From: a bacterium
GTDB lineage: Bacteria; Patescibacteriota; Minisyncoccia; Ryanbacterales; GWA2-47-10b
Length of the DNA stretch: 64,000 bases
NCBI GenBank assembly: GCA_027624915.1
Contig: JAQBTR010000003.1
Span: 5,627 to 69,626 of the forward strand
Direction of reading: 5' to 3'
Part shown: piece by piece, positions 55,807 through 64,000 of the stretch
Position numbering within the stretch: the stretch's first letter is position 1
How the letters are laid out: each line of letters opens with the position of its first letter
Position numbers and translations under genes: made by a program
Notes under the pieces: model-generated
Told to the model about the DNA's origin: nothing
The model's input: only the letters and a program-made list of their open reading frames with translations
Databases searched by the model: none

Positions 55807-55929
55807 GTATTTAATTTTAACAGCTTATGCACACTATATGCAGGGATAATTAACATGACTTGACTTTTATATATTATATGATATACTATTCTCAAGTTGA
55901 ACCTTGGATGATAGGAATAGGAGGAAAGT

Positions 55930-56127
55930 GTGGAAGAATGCATTGATTGTCAGGCGTGGGCCCTGCCTTGTCCTCATAATGATGTATGCGAAGACTGCTG
56001 TCTCATATGCCGCAAAGTAGATGACAAGGGCTGTAATCGCGAACGCGACACCTTCTTTCGAGACGATCCCTTTGCGGAACTAGAGGCGTACATAGATGCA
56101 TCCCAAACCTGTAGTGAGAGAAGGTGA
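55930..56127 (+). CDS. Small Cys-rich protein.
   Basis: CIDCQAWALPCPHNDVCEDCCLICRK has 8 Cys within 30 aa. Confidence 0.3.
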   Translation: MEECIDCQAWALPCPHNDVCEDCCLICRKVDDKGCNRERDTFFRDDPFAELEAYIDASQTCSERR

Positions 56128-56347
56128 TCCAATGCCAAACCTAACAGAAGTACTCAAGGTGGATCGAGAACGCGGCCTCGTCGAGCTCTCGATCCCCGGC
56201 ACAGGAATTTTTGCTCTCACCCTACGACGTGGTCGTCCCTTCATCATACGTGAGCAGTACTACACATCAGACGCTCGTCTCTCCAGTGAAGAGCGCCGAG
56301 CAATGTACGCACGTGCCGGCGCAATACTCCGGCCAAAAAAGAAATAA
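56096..56347 (+). CDS. Hypothetical protein.
   Basis: ORF followed by a strong terminator. Confidence 0.3.
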   Translation: MHPKPVVREGDPMPNLTEVLKVDRERGLVELSIPGTGIFALTLRRGRPFIIREQYYTSDARLSSEERRAMYARAGAILRPKKK

Positions 56348-56357
56348 AAAGCAAAAA

Positions 56358-56390
56358 GGGGCCTCCTAGGAGGCCCCTGTAGTATTTTTT
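56358..56390 (+). terminator. Rho-independent terminator.
   Basis: GGGGCCTCC-ta-GGAGGCCCC followed by a T-run. Confidence 0.7.
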
Positions 56391-56672
56391 AACGGCTCAC
56401 CAACGGCTCATAATATGAGCCGTTAAATATTTTGACCAAAATTGGGCTGGCTTAAAGGATGGTTTCCCATCCTCGGCGCAAGATTAAACCAACCCAATTT
56501 TGATAAAAATAAGAGAGTTCTAATAACATCAATTCGCCTGTATCCTTATTAGCATTTTTAAAAACTAAGTCAACACCTTCCAAAACTTTTTATCCACAAT
56601 TAATATTAGAAAATAAAAACAGCATTAGGGCAACCATAATGATATTTTTATTCCATTTTTAAAACCAAGATT

Positions 56673-57875
56673 TTAAAAAAGAGATTCTCGAATCATGGTG
56701 AGCGCTCTTTCAACCCAAAACTTCCCCGCTTGAGGACCACCTCCACATGTCCCATCTGATTCACCTGGTGGCTTTATCCATAAAAAGGCATCAATACCTA
56801 CAGCTCCTGTCTCTCTTGTTGGGAGCGCACCAATTGCTACACCAGGAGTGTTGCACCATTCGGTATCTTCTATCGCCCGGCCATTTCTACTTGTATCAAT
56901 AATGAAGTGCTTACCCCCCAAGAGGCCTGAAACTGTCTGTCCGTAAGAAATCTCATCATTTAGTTGCTGATAGTTTGCAACATTGGTAAAAAAGCCGTCA
57001 GCTCTGTCTATTCCGCTTCTTTTTAAAGCTGAAGCCATAATAGCTGGTGAGCGCCAATTACCATGACCGCCATCCAAATAGACTCGAGCATTCTTGTTGT
57101 GATCTTTTATATACTCAACTGCTGATTTAAGTTCGCTTGCTCGAACCGCCTGATCCTCGGAAGAAAGGTTTGGAAATAAGCCAATGGCGTCCGGTTCAAG
57201 TACAATCCAAACAGAATTATCGCCAATTCCTTCAGAGATACGCTGTATCCAATCTGAGTACTTTACTGTTTTACCAACACCACTCCACCACGTTAGTGTA
57301 GTGTGGTCTGGTATATTATAAAGAACCAATATGGGGATTTTTTTTGCATCAGCCGCTTGAGTGACCATAGTCTTCGCACGTTCTGAAACAAAATTAAGAT
57401 CATCTCCAATAATCCACACCCCTTGAGGAATACAAGCTATACGTTCAAGGAGTTTTGCATCAGCATCATTACCCTCTTGTTTGAGACGGTCAAGTTCACG
57501 TGCTGCCTGAGATTTTGGATCACGAAAAAAACTTGACGACTCTAAAAAGCTAGCACAATCAAATGCTATTTTTTTAGGTGGAGGTAGTGAAGGCGGGACA
57601 ATCACTGAAGGTGGTAATACTGTTACCGGAGGGAGTGTGTCTATAATAATTTCATCCCCATTATCAGTTATTACTTCATTGAGCTCGTTATTTTCTTTTT
57701 CTGATAAATCATCGCCCGGTAAGATATGAATTTCAACGTCAGGACCGTGGAGGTCGACACTAACCTTTTCAAAACTCAAAACCAAAAACAAGCCTAAGAG
57801 CACAGAAAAAAATAGACCCGTCCAAAGGATGACGGTGCTTAACAAAACAGATTTTTTTGTCTTTTTTTGCGCCAT
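56673..57875 (-). CDS. Glycoside hydrolase family 6-like protein, membrane-anchored.
   Basis: N-terminal transmembrane helix and a Pro-rich linker. FLWIKPPGESDGTCGGGPQAGKFW resembles the GH6 C-terminal signature (WVKPGGE.DGTSD...PQAG.WF). Confidence 0.55.
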   Translation of the reverse strand: MAQKKTKKSVLLSTVILWTGLFFSVLLGLFLVLSFEKVSVDLHGPDVEIHILPGDDLSEKENNELNEVITDNGDEIIIDTLPPVTVLPPSVIVPPSLPPPKKIAFDCASFLESSSFFRDPKSQAARELDRLKQEGNDADAKLLERIACIPQGVWIIGDDLNFVSERAKTMVTQAADAKKIPILVLYNIPDHTTLTWWSGVGKTVKYSDWIQRISEGIGDNSVWIVLEPDAIGLFPNLSSEDQAVRASELKSAVEYIKDHNKNARVYLDGGHGNWRSPAIMASALKRSGIDRADGFFTNVANYQQLNDEISYGQTVSGLLGGKHFIIDTSRNGRAIEDTEWCNTPGVAIGALPTRETGAVGIDAFLWIKPPGESDGTCGGGPQAGKFWVERALTMIRESLF

Positions 57876-57884
57876 TATCTAAGT

Positions 57885-58883
57885 CTACTCAATCTCTCTA
57901 ATTAAATAGTTATCAAATTCGACATCCATAAAATCTGTACGGATGCCAGCATGTCCCTCTTTTAGGAATGGAGCACCTGCTTGGGAACCATCGTCTATGG
58001 CTTCTGCCACAAGCTTCCAATCACCCTTGTTATATTCATCTAAGTATAACTGAATGAGAACCGTATTATCTTCTTGGGTCTGGACAACACTTTTAAGCCC
58101 AAGCCACTGTTTATGGGGCAAAAGATTTGGGTGCGTATCTCTATTATATTCACCCTCAAAATATGGTTGATAATCTAATGTATAATATTCCCCTCCTATC
58201 TTCTTTTTAATGACCGCTGCTCCATCCACACGAATTCCAGCATAGTAGAGATTGTCCCCATCTTGGTATCTATTAAACGAAAGAATTCCATTAGACTCTG
58301 CTCGATTAGTACTTTGAGATAGGTTGTCTTTTGTAATCGAAAAATCAAAAGACTGAATAAAGGTCTTCCAGGTATCATGGGTTACAAGTCTAAATAAATT
58401 TTGCGGGTAACGACCTTCATCGGTATCATCTGGATCATTACTTAGATATAACTTACGCCAAGATGAATTGTCTTCAAGGGGGCCCTGAATGGTTCTAAAG
58501 ACTCCCCGTTCAATGACTAAAAAAGCACCTGAGTTCAACCACCAATAAGGACTTGAACTGTTTTTAGGCAAACCTGCCTCCTGTAAAACACCGTCCACAT
58601 TAGCCGAAAAAGAGAAAAATCCAGACACTTCTTTTTGAAAGACTTCTTGAGAAGATGTACTAGCTACTAGATTATTTACTGGAGTAGGAAGAACGACCTT
58701 AGAATGATTTCTGTTCATCTTAGAGAAAACTCTTTCCGCAATACTTTGTTCTTCTTTCTCATTTAAACTTAAAATAGAATTGGGTTGGCTCTTAAAAAAT
58801 ATGTATTTCCAGGAAACAAAACCGTTCCACACCAGAAGTAGGGGCAAGAGAAAAACGAATATAATTTGTACGTTTTTTTTCAC
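57885..58883 (-). CDS. Membrane-anchored hypothetical protein, possibly a ConA-like/LamG beta-sandwich.
   Basis: N-terminal transmembrane helix. The C-terminal GIRTDFMDVEFDNY pattern is a weak pointer. Confidence 0.3.
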   Translation of the reverse strand: MKKNVQIIFVFLLPLLLVWNGFVSWKYIFFKSQPNSILSLNEKEEQSIAERVFSKMNRNHSKVVLPTPVNNLVASTSSQEVFQKEVSGFFSFSANVDGVLQEAGLPKNSSSPYWWLNSGAFLVIERGVFRTIQGPLEDNSSWRKLYLSNDPDDTDEGRYPQNLFRLVTHDTWKTFIQSFDFSITKDNLSQSTNRAESNGILSFNRYQDGDNLYYAGIRVDGAAVIKKKIGGEYYTLDYQPYFEGEYNRDTHPNLLPHKQWLGLKSVVQTQEDNTVLIQLYLDEYNKGDWKLVAEAIDDGSQAGAPFLKEGHAGIRTDFMDVEFDNYLIREIE

Positions 58884-58905
58884 CTTTAGAAAGATATATT
58901 AATAA

Positions 58906-60528
58906 TTAATTTTGAGAACCCACAGCTATTATAGACAAGTCTTTTATAATAACCTCGCTCTTGCCAGGAACAGGGTCCCAGACCTTGAACCCAATACCTC
59001 CTCGACTCAATTTTGGATGCACATACTCAGTTGACACCAACATTTTCCCATCAATAAAACACTGAGTTTTATCGCCCGTTGTTATCATTTCAAAAACTGC
59101 AGCGTCCCAAGAGAACACATCTTTAAGCTTAAGATCAACGATCTCATATTTATGACCGTCAACATATTCATCCAAATGAATATACTCCCCCGTGACACTA
59201 CATGACAGATAGTTATTACTATCTGTATATCGTCCCGCTAAAGAAAAGGATGTCCCCCTGATCCAGTCAACAGTTACAGTAAGATGATAGTCACTTAAAT
59301 TTCTTGCGCCATCAAGAAATACTGCGGCCCCTGTTTTATCTTCATCTGCGCTTAAGGTCAACTCAGAGTCCTTTATGCTAAAAGTGCTCCACGCCCTAAC
59401 CCAATCTTCTTCCGAAAGAAGATCATCCATATAAATTGGTAACTGATGAGATTGGCCAGAGTTTAATATGTTTAATAAATCATTATCGTTCCAATTAGGG
59501 TCAACCCCTATACGTTTGATCAAAAAAGTATTATCGCCAAAGAAGTTCTGTGTAAATCCAGCACTTGGGAACGTCTGAAAGAATGCCATAGAGTAATTAT
59601 CACCAACAGAAGAAAGTAAAACCCGTCGAGCATCTACATAGTTTGTATAACCTTGAGCAAAATCTCCATAAGGAAACGCGAAGACGTCAGAATTAATACC
59701 CAAAACACGATTTAATTGTTCTTTTGTTTTTGCAAGGTCCTTAGCTATACGTTCTTTATATTCCTCATTGGTTTCAACTCGTCCCAAAGATTCTATCCAA
59801 AGCTTATTAGAATAATAATGACCTTCTTCCTTATCCTTAGAAGTCGGAATAAAAATATGTCCATCATAAGCATGAGCTTCTACTTCCCATCGACCGCTAT
59901 GGATCATTAAGCGTAATTCGTCTGAATTCAAATAGTAACCATTGATATTGTTCTCGGCCAATGACCGTCCTGCAATAATAAAAGTGACGGCCTGATAATC
60001 AAGAGCTCGAAGTATGGGATCCACAGGATAATAACTAGATTTTGCCCCATCATCAAACGTCAACAAAAAGGATTTTTTTGGGAGTTTTTGATCACCCCTC
60101 ATGAAAGCAGTGAAATCCTCTAAATTAATAGTTTTCCACCCCTCCTTCTTTAGACGGAACATTTGTGATTCAAACATATCCCTTGTCACATTTTTTCCAT
60201 CTGGCTCATCAAGAATTCCGTGATACAAAAGAACTGGTATAGATTCGGCAAACCCCGAGGCAGAGGCAGACACAACCTCTGAATTCTTCTGAAAAATAGT
60301 ACCAATACTACCAAGAAGGCCTCTTTCACTGTAGCCACGCTTTGTCAGATAAAAATAATAAGAAACATCGCCCTTAAAGCTCAATAGCTCTCTCTTGACC
60401 ATCTGTTCTGGATATCCTCCCAAAAGAGAGAAGTAAGACACACCTAAGAAGAGAGCCATAAAAACAAAACTCATTTTTAGAACTTTGGTTTTTGAAAAAT
60501 CGAGATAAGTCATTATCTTGTCCCCCAT
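58906..60528 (-). CDS. Polysaccharide deacetylase (NodB homology) with an N-terminal transmembrane helix and a C-terminal beta-sandwich.
   Basis: LLTFDDGAKSSYYPVDPIL (TFDDG motif) and the downstream His motif region. Confidence 0.65.
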   Translation of the reverse strand: MGDKIMTYLDFSKTKVLKMSFVFMALFLGVSYFSLLGGYPEQMVKRELLSFKGDVSYYFYLTKRGYSERGLLGSIGTIFQKNSEVVSASASGFAESIPVLLYHGILDEPDGKNVTRDMFESQMFRLKKEGWKTINLEDFTAFMRGDQKLPKKSFLLTFDDGAKSSYYPVDPILRALDYQAVTFIIAGRSLAENNINGYYLNSDELRLMIHSGRWEVEAHAYDGHIFIPTSKDKEEGHYYSNKLWIESLGRVETNEEYKERIAKDLAKTKEQLNRVLGINSDVFAFPYGDFAQGYTNYVDARRVLLSSVGDNYSMAFFQTFPSAGFTQNFFGDNTFLIKRIGVDPNWNDNDLLNILNSGQSHQLPIYMDDLLSEEDWVRAWSTFSIKDSELTLSADEDKTGAAVFLDGARNLSDYHLTVTVDWIRGTSFSLAGRYTDSNNYLSCSVTGEYIHLDEYVDGHKYEIVDLKLKDVFSWDAAVFEMITTGDKTQCFIDGKMLVSTEYVHPKLSRGGIGFKVWDPVPGKSEVIIKDLSIIAVGSQN

Positions 60529-61835
60529 CTAGAGTCTCTAATAGTAAACATCGCCCAGGGCAACTGCCACATCAACATAACCGTATAAAACCAAAAAGTC
60601 AGGACAGACAAAAGCCACGCGCGCGGTCCAACTTGCGTGCGATAATAGATACCATGAAGTAACAACATGAGAAACAACCCGGTTAAATAAGCAAGTGGGA
60701 AAATACCTGTCAAATAGGGGTGCCATAACATAGCCCTTATAAAAACAATTGGTGACGTTATAGCTAGAAAGACATAAGCATAGTAAGAAATAGCAGCAAA
60801 AATATTTTTACGCCACATAAAAGCACTAGCTATGATAGTCTCTCTAACCCAGGACTTTTTCCATCTTTGCTGCTGTTTAATATATTTACCTATCGTGTGC
60901 GGCACAACGGTGTACGCCTTAGCTTCAGGTGAATAAACAGCTTCATATTTTTGAATAATAAAATTAGTCAAACTCCGATCATCACCAAAAGTACATTTAC
61001 TCCCCAAGAATGTTTGATTCAACCAAGGATCAAGAAACTCAAGCAGATATGACCGACGATATGCAGAACAACACCCAGGACAACAAGTAACATTCCCAAA
61101 AACAGATTCTGCCGCCTTATATATACTAAAAGCAATATAATACCGTGTGGCCTGCATTTGCGTCAAAAGATTCGTCTCTCTATTAAATACATCTGTATGA
61201 CCCGAAACTGCTCCAATTCTTGGATTTGAGAAGTACTTGACCAAATGCTTAACACAATCTGGTTCAATAAAGCTGTCTGAATCGATAAATATAACAATAT
61301 CATGCTTTGCTCTTTTTACGCCCTCAGCCATCCCATCTCTCTTCCCTCGATTTATCTTCCAATTTACTACTGTCATGGGAATGGTGCCCTTTACCTCTTT
61401 TTGAATTTTTAACATTTCTCCATGTGTGTTATCGGTAGATCCATCATTTATGGCAATAATTTCGATTCTGTCTTTCGGATAATTTACATGTACAAAGCGT
61501 CTTACCGTCTCAGCAATATTGTCTTCTTCATTTTTTGCCGGTACAACAAAAGTGATCGATGGCTGATATGACTCATCGTGCTCAATAGATCTATGGAAAT
61601 GAGAAAGAAAAAATCTAGAAAGAATATAGATAAAAATAACCAAACTGTAGATCGTAAAAAACATTGTTCCGCCACGAAAATTGGTCGTCGAAACTTTAAA
61701 TAAAAAAATTACATAGAGAACCAAAAAAAAGACAAGCCAAAAAGCAACGTCCCTGAATAGGATGCCTTTGTTTTTGACTCTATTGATAAAAGAAAAATAA
61801 CTTTCTTTTATCTCTTGATAAGATTTATTTTTCAC
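60513..61835 (-). CDS. Family-2 processive beta-glycosyltransferase (cellulose/chitin/PNAG synthase-like).
   Basis: GT-A motifs INDGSTDNT and DSDS (DxD), Q(Q)QRW (QxxRW), and transmembrane helices at both ends. Confidence 0.75.
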   Translation of the reverse strand: MKNKSYQEIKESYFSFINRVKNKGILFRDVAFWLVFFLVLYVIFLFKVSTTNFRGGTMFFTIYSLVIFIYILSRFFLSHFHRSIEHDESYQPSITFVVPAKNEEDNIAETVRRFVHVNYPKDRIEIIAINDGSTDNTHGEMLKIQKEVKGTIPMTVVNWKINRGKRDGMAEGVKRAKHDIVIFIDSDSFIEPDCVKHLVKYFSNPRIGAVSGHTDVFNRETNLLTQMQATRYYIAFSIYKAAESVFGNVTCCPGCCSAYRRSYLLEFLDPWLNQTFLGSKCTFGDDRSLTNFIIQKYEAVYSPEAKAYTVVPHTIGKYIKQQQRWKKSWVRETIIASAFMWRKNIFAAISYYAYVFLAITSPIVFIRAMLWHPYLTGIFPLAYLTGLFLMLLLHGIYYRTQVGPRAWLLSVLTFWFYTVMLMWQLPWAMFTIRDSRWGTR

Positions 61836-61882
61836 TTTTTTAGTTACGAATTCTAATCTAGCACTCCAGTATTCTTCATCAC

Positions 61883-64000
61883 CTAGAGTGTCACATCAAA
61901 TGTGGTTGCGTCGTTAACCCACTCATAGAGTCCTGTCCAGTTGAGTCGAATTAAACCAACCGCAACACGATATGTTCCTGGGCCTGGAGCCACCCACTCA
62001 AAATCAAAGGTTCTTTCTTCTCCTATCTGAAACGTATCGCCGTTTCGTATGAGCTGAGCAACGAGAACATCAGAAAAATCGTAAACCTCCATATTGATTA
62101 CAACATGCCCTGGCTCATCACCTAGGTTGTGAACAGTCATTGAAATCATGTGTGAACCATCACCTTGTAACTCTGACGTCGTAACAACGTGTGTTGGTGC
62201 GAATAAATCAGTTAAAACCAAAGGACCACCGTTTGACCATGATGGGTCCTGATCGTCGCCACCATCCGTTGAGCCGAATTTTCCGTGGTGACCACTATTA
62301 CTCTTATCTAAGATGTCTTGACCGAATCCCTCAATAAATTGCCAGTATTTTATGAGCCCAATACGGTCGTCATCTGCTAAGACAGATCCAATATTACCCG
62401 CGATCTGAACATCAGTCCTTACAACATTCCAGACGCGCACATCATCTAGAGTTCCGTCAAATGCTTTTATAGCAAGAATTGCGGGCTCTGCGCCGATCCA
62501 CACAGGATCAAGGTTTCGATCGATAACACCTATTTTAGCTACCGAGTCAACAAGAATACCATCTTGGTAAAGATTCATGAATGAACCGTCATACGACACC
62601 GCCGCATGTGTTTGTGCGCCTGGCACAACTGTTCCACCCACAAGTAATGAAGGTACTCCATCTGTACTTAATATAAACTCAAGAGATCCTGCTGCTGTGA
62701 CACCCAATGACCACGATGTACCTGTAAGATGCTTAGAGATAAGTTTTTGATCTACACCTATGGCATCAGCAGTAAAGAGCGCCTCAATAGTAAATGAGTC
62801 TTCTTCAATATCCCATACGCCAACATCTACATAATCATCAACCCCATCAAAAATAATAGATTGACTTGAGTATACAATTGGCTCCCCCTCACAAACACCC
62901 TGACCGAGTACTGGATAAGTAAATGTTGAGGTGTGATCTCCCCATGAATTTTTAGTCCATCCAGAAGGACCCGAATTTTCGAATGAAGAATTGGCAATCA
63001 AATTAATTGAAGACTCTAATGATGACAAAGATGCACGATCAATCACCAATGAACCATCCTCCTCGATGAGATGGTATACCGTTGCTTCTAGTGCGTTTGG
63101 TGGCATTTCAAACTCAAATGAACTGAGCTGCCAATCTGCTGATGACGGCAAAGATCCAATGAGCATGTACACCGTTCCAGAATCAGTAATTACTTCGGCA
63201 ACAATCTTACTTGAAATATCAGAGATATAATAATCCTGGTAGGTATACATTGCGGAACCAACAACCGATACTGGACTGTGTCGCCACTTTGCATCTCCAC
63301 CTACATAGCTTGAAATCTCAACGTGAGCACCACGAATCGTACATGCTTCAATTTTTTCATATCCAAACTGAACTAGAGCCGCATATCCATTTTCATAATA
63401 TTCAACTCTGATTTCATGAACACCTGGTGATAGAACAATCTCGGCACTGTATGTTGTTGCTGCCTGATCATGCCACTCATTAATAATCGCAACATCGTCA
63501 ACAAACACGCGCACTCCATCATCTGCGGTAATCGTAAATCGATATGTTCCGTCTTCAAATTCATCTTGTCTAATCCACTGTGCTGAGAAGTTATCTGGCT
63601 GAATGAGTGGGTCTGGAGAGCCACCGTCACCCCAATCAAAATCAATAGATGCATCATCTCTAACTAAAATTGGTGCACCAGCTAAATCCTTATTAGTAAA
63701 GTACCTTGAACAGAAGGTCTCTCTACCAAGCACACCTGGAACTGGATGTGTAAATACAGATGTATTTGAACCCCATGAGTTTTGTATCCATCCAGAAGGA
63801 CCGGGTGTTTCAAATGAAGCGTTTAGTATCAAGTTGGTATTAGTACCAGTCTCGACAAAACGATATCCATCTACAGTTAATTCTCCAACACTGTTTACCA
63901 AGTGAAATACTGTGGCTGCAGTAACATCGGCTGGAATAACAAATAATGCTTCGTTCTTAGTCCAATCAATAGCCGCTGGTCGAGTGCCAAGCCACATATA
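61883..64000 (-). CDS. Large secreted PA14 + LamG/ConA-like domain protein. Partial: the N-terminus lies beyond the window end.
   Basis: The PA14-like segment FTNKDLAGAPI...GTYRFTITADDGVRVFVDDVAIINEW. The LamG-like segment DGVDDYVDVG...LDDVRVWN. The ORF is open to the window edge. Confidence 0.55.
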   Translation of the reverse strand, partial: YMWLGTRPAAIDWTKNEALFVIPADVTAATVFHLVNSVGELTVDGYRFVETGTNTNLILNASFETPGPSGWIQNSWGSNTSVFTHPVPGVLGRETFCSRYFTNKDLAGAPILVRDDASIDFDWGDGGSPDPLIQPDNFSAQWIRQDEFEDGTYRFTITADDGVRVFVDDVAIINEWHDQAATTYSAEIVLSPGVHEIRVEYYENGYAALVQFGYEKIEACTIRGAHVEISSYVGGDAKWRHSPVSVVGSAMYTYQDYYISDISSKIVAEVITDSGTVYMLIGSLPSSADWQLSSFEFEMPPNALEATVYHLIEEDGSLVIDRASLSSLESSINLIANSSFENSGPSGWTKNSWGDHTSTFTYPVLGQGVCEGEPIVYSSQSIIFDGVDDYVDVGVWDIEEDSFTIEALFTADAIGVDQKLISKHLTGTSWSLGVTAAGSLEFILSTDGVPSLLVGGTVVPGAQTHAAVSYDGSFMNLYQDGILVDSVAKIGVIDRNLDPVWIGAEPAILAIKAFDGTLDDVRVWNVVRTDVQIAGNIGSVLADDDRIGLIKYWQFIEGFGQDILDKSNSGHHGKFGSTDGGDDQDPSWSNGGPLVLTDLFAPTHVVTTSELQGDGSHMISMTVHNLGDEPGHVVINMEVYDFSDVLVAQLIRNGDTFQIGEERTFDFEWVAPGPGTYRVAVGLIRLNWTGLYEWVNDATTFDVTL

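Overview
This 64-kb window looks like it comes from a small, AT-rich bacterial genome. The gene content suggests a Candidate Phyla Radiation (Patescibacteria)-like organism, but that is inference. Most of the window is core housekeeping, largely on the minus strand. There is a partial recR end, rplU, rmuC, RNase R, a pseudouridine synthase, and a reduced dcw cluster (mraZ-rsmH-ftsL-ftsI-murF). It also carries class I lysyl-tRNA synthetase, greA, a rod-shape cluster (mreB-mreC-mreD-mrdA) plus a second mreB paralog, proS without the editing insertion, rseP, frr, a split holB, murA, murC, lepB, and priA-def-fmt. One tRNA-Glu(CUC) is present, next to a roughly 250-nt GC-rich structured region that is probably an unidentified ncRNA. 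The accessory content is as follows. (1) Three RelE/ParE-like toxin genes with no recognisable antitoxins sit near recR. (2) A tightly overlapping minus-strand operon runs from a 3077-aa giant surface protein (N-terminal helix-turn-helix, then a transmembrane helix, then a huge repetitive extracellular region) through a membrane protein into an isoprenoid-type module. That module encodes a polyprenyl synthase, a UbiA prenyltransferase, a CrtC/AttH-like putative hydratase, a ferritin-like di-iron protein and an FAD-oxidoreductase-like protein. (3) A secreted 595-aa protein carries about ten tandem roughly 45-aa C4H modules (GPGGC...EC..YC...H..EC), and a small secreted protein with NPF motifs lies upstream of it. 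(4) A polysaccharide module encodes a GT2 processive synthase (QxxRW), a NodB deacetylase, a ConA-like protein, a GH6 hydrolase, a GH5-like hydrolase and a PA14/LamG protein. Several non-coding repeats are also visible: MraZ-box direct repeats, a tandem roughly 47-bp repeat with TTCnGAA palindromes upstream of mreB, and a 43-bp tandem repeat upstream of rnr. There are also two identical 39-bp hairpins flanking a two-gene cassette, and a MITE-like palindrome with flanking direct repeats between mreB2 and murA. Every call rests on motif recognition by eye; no database search was possible.
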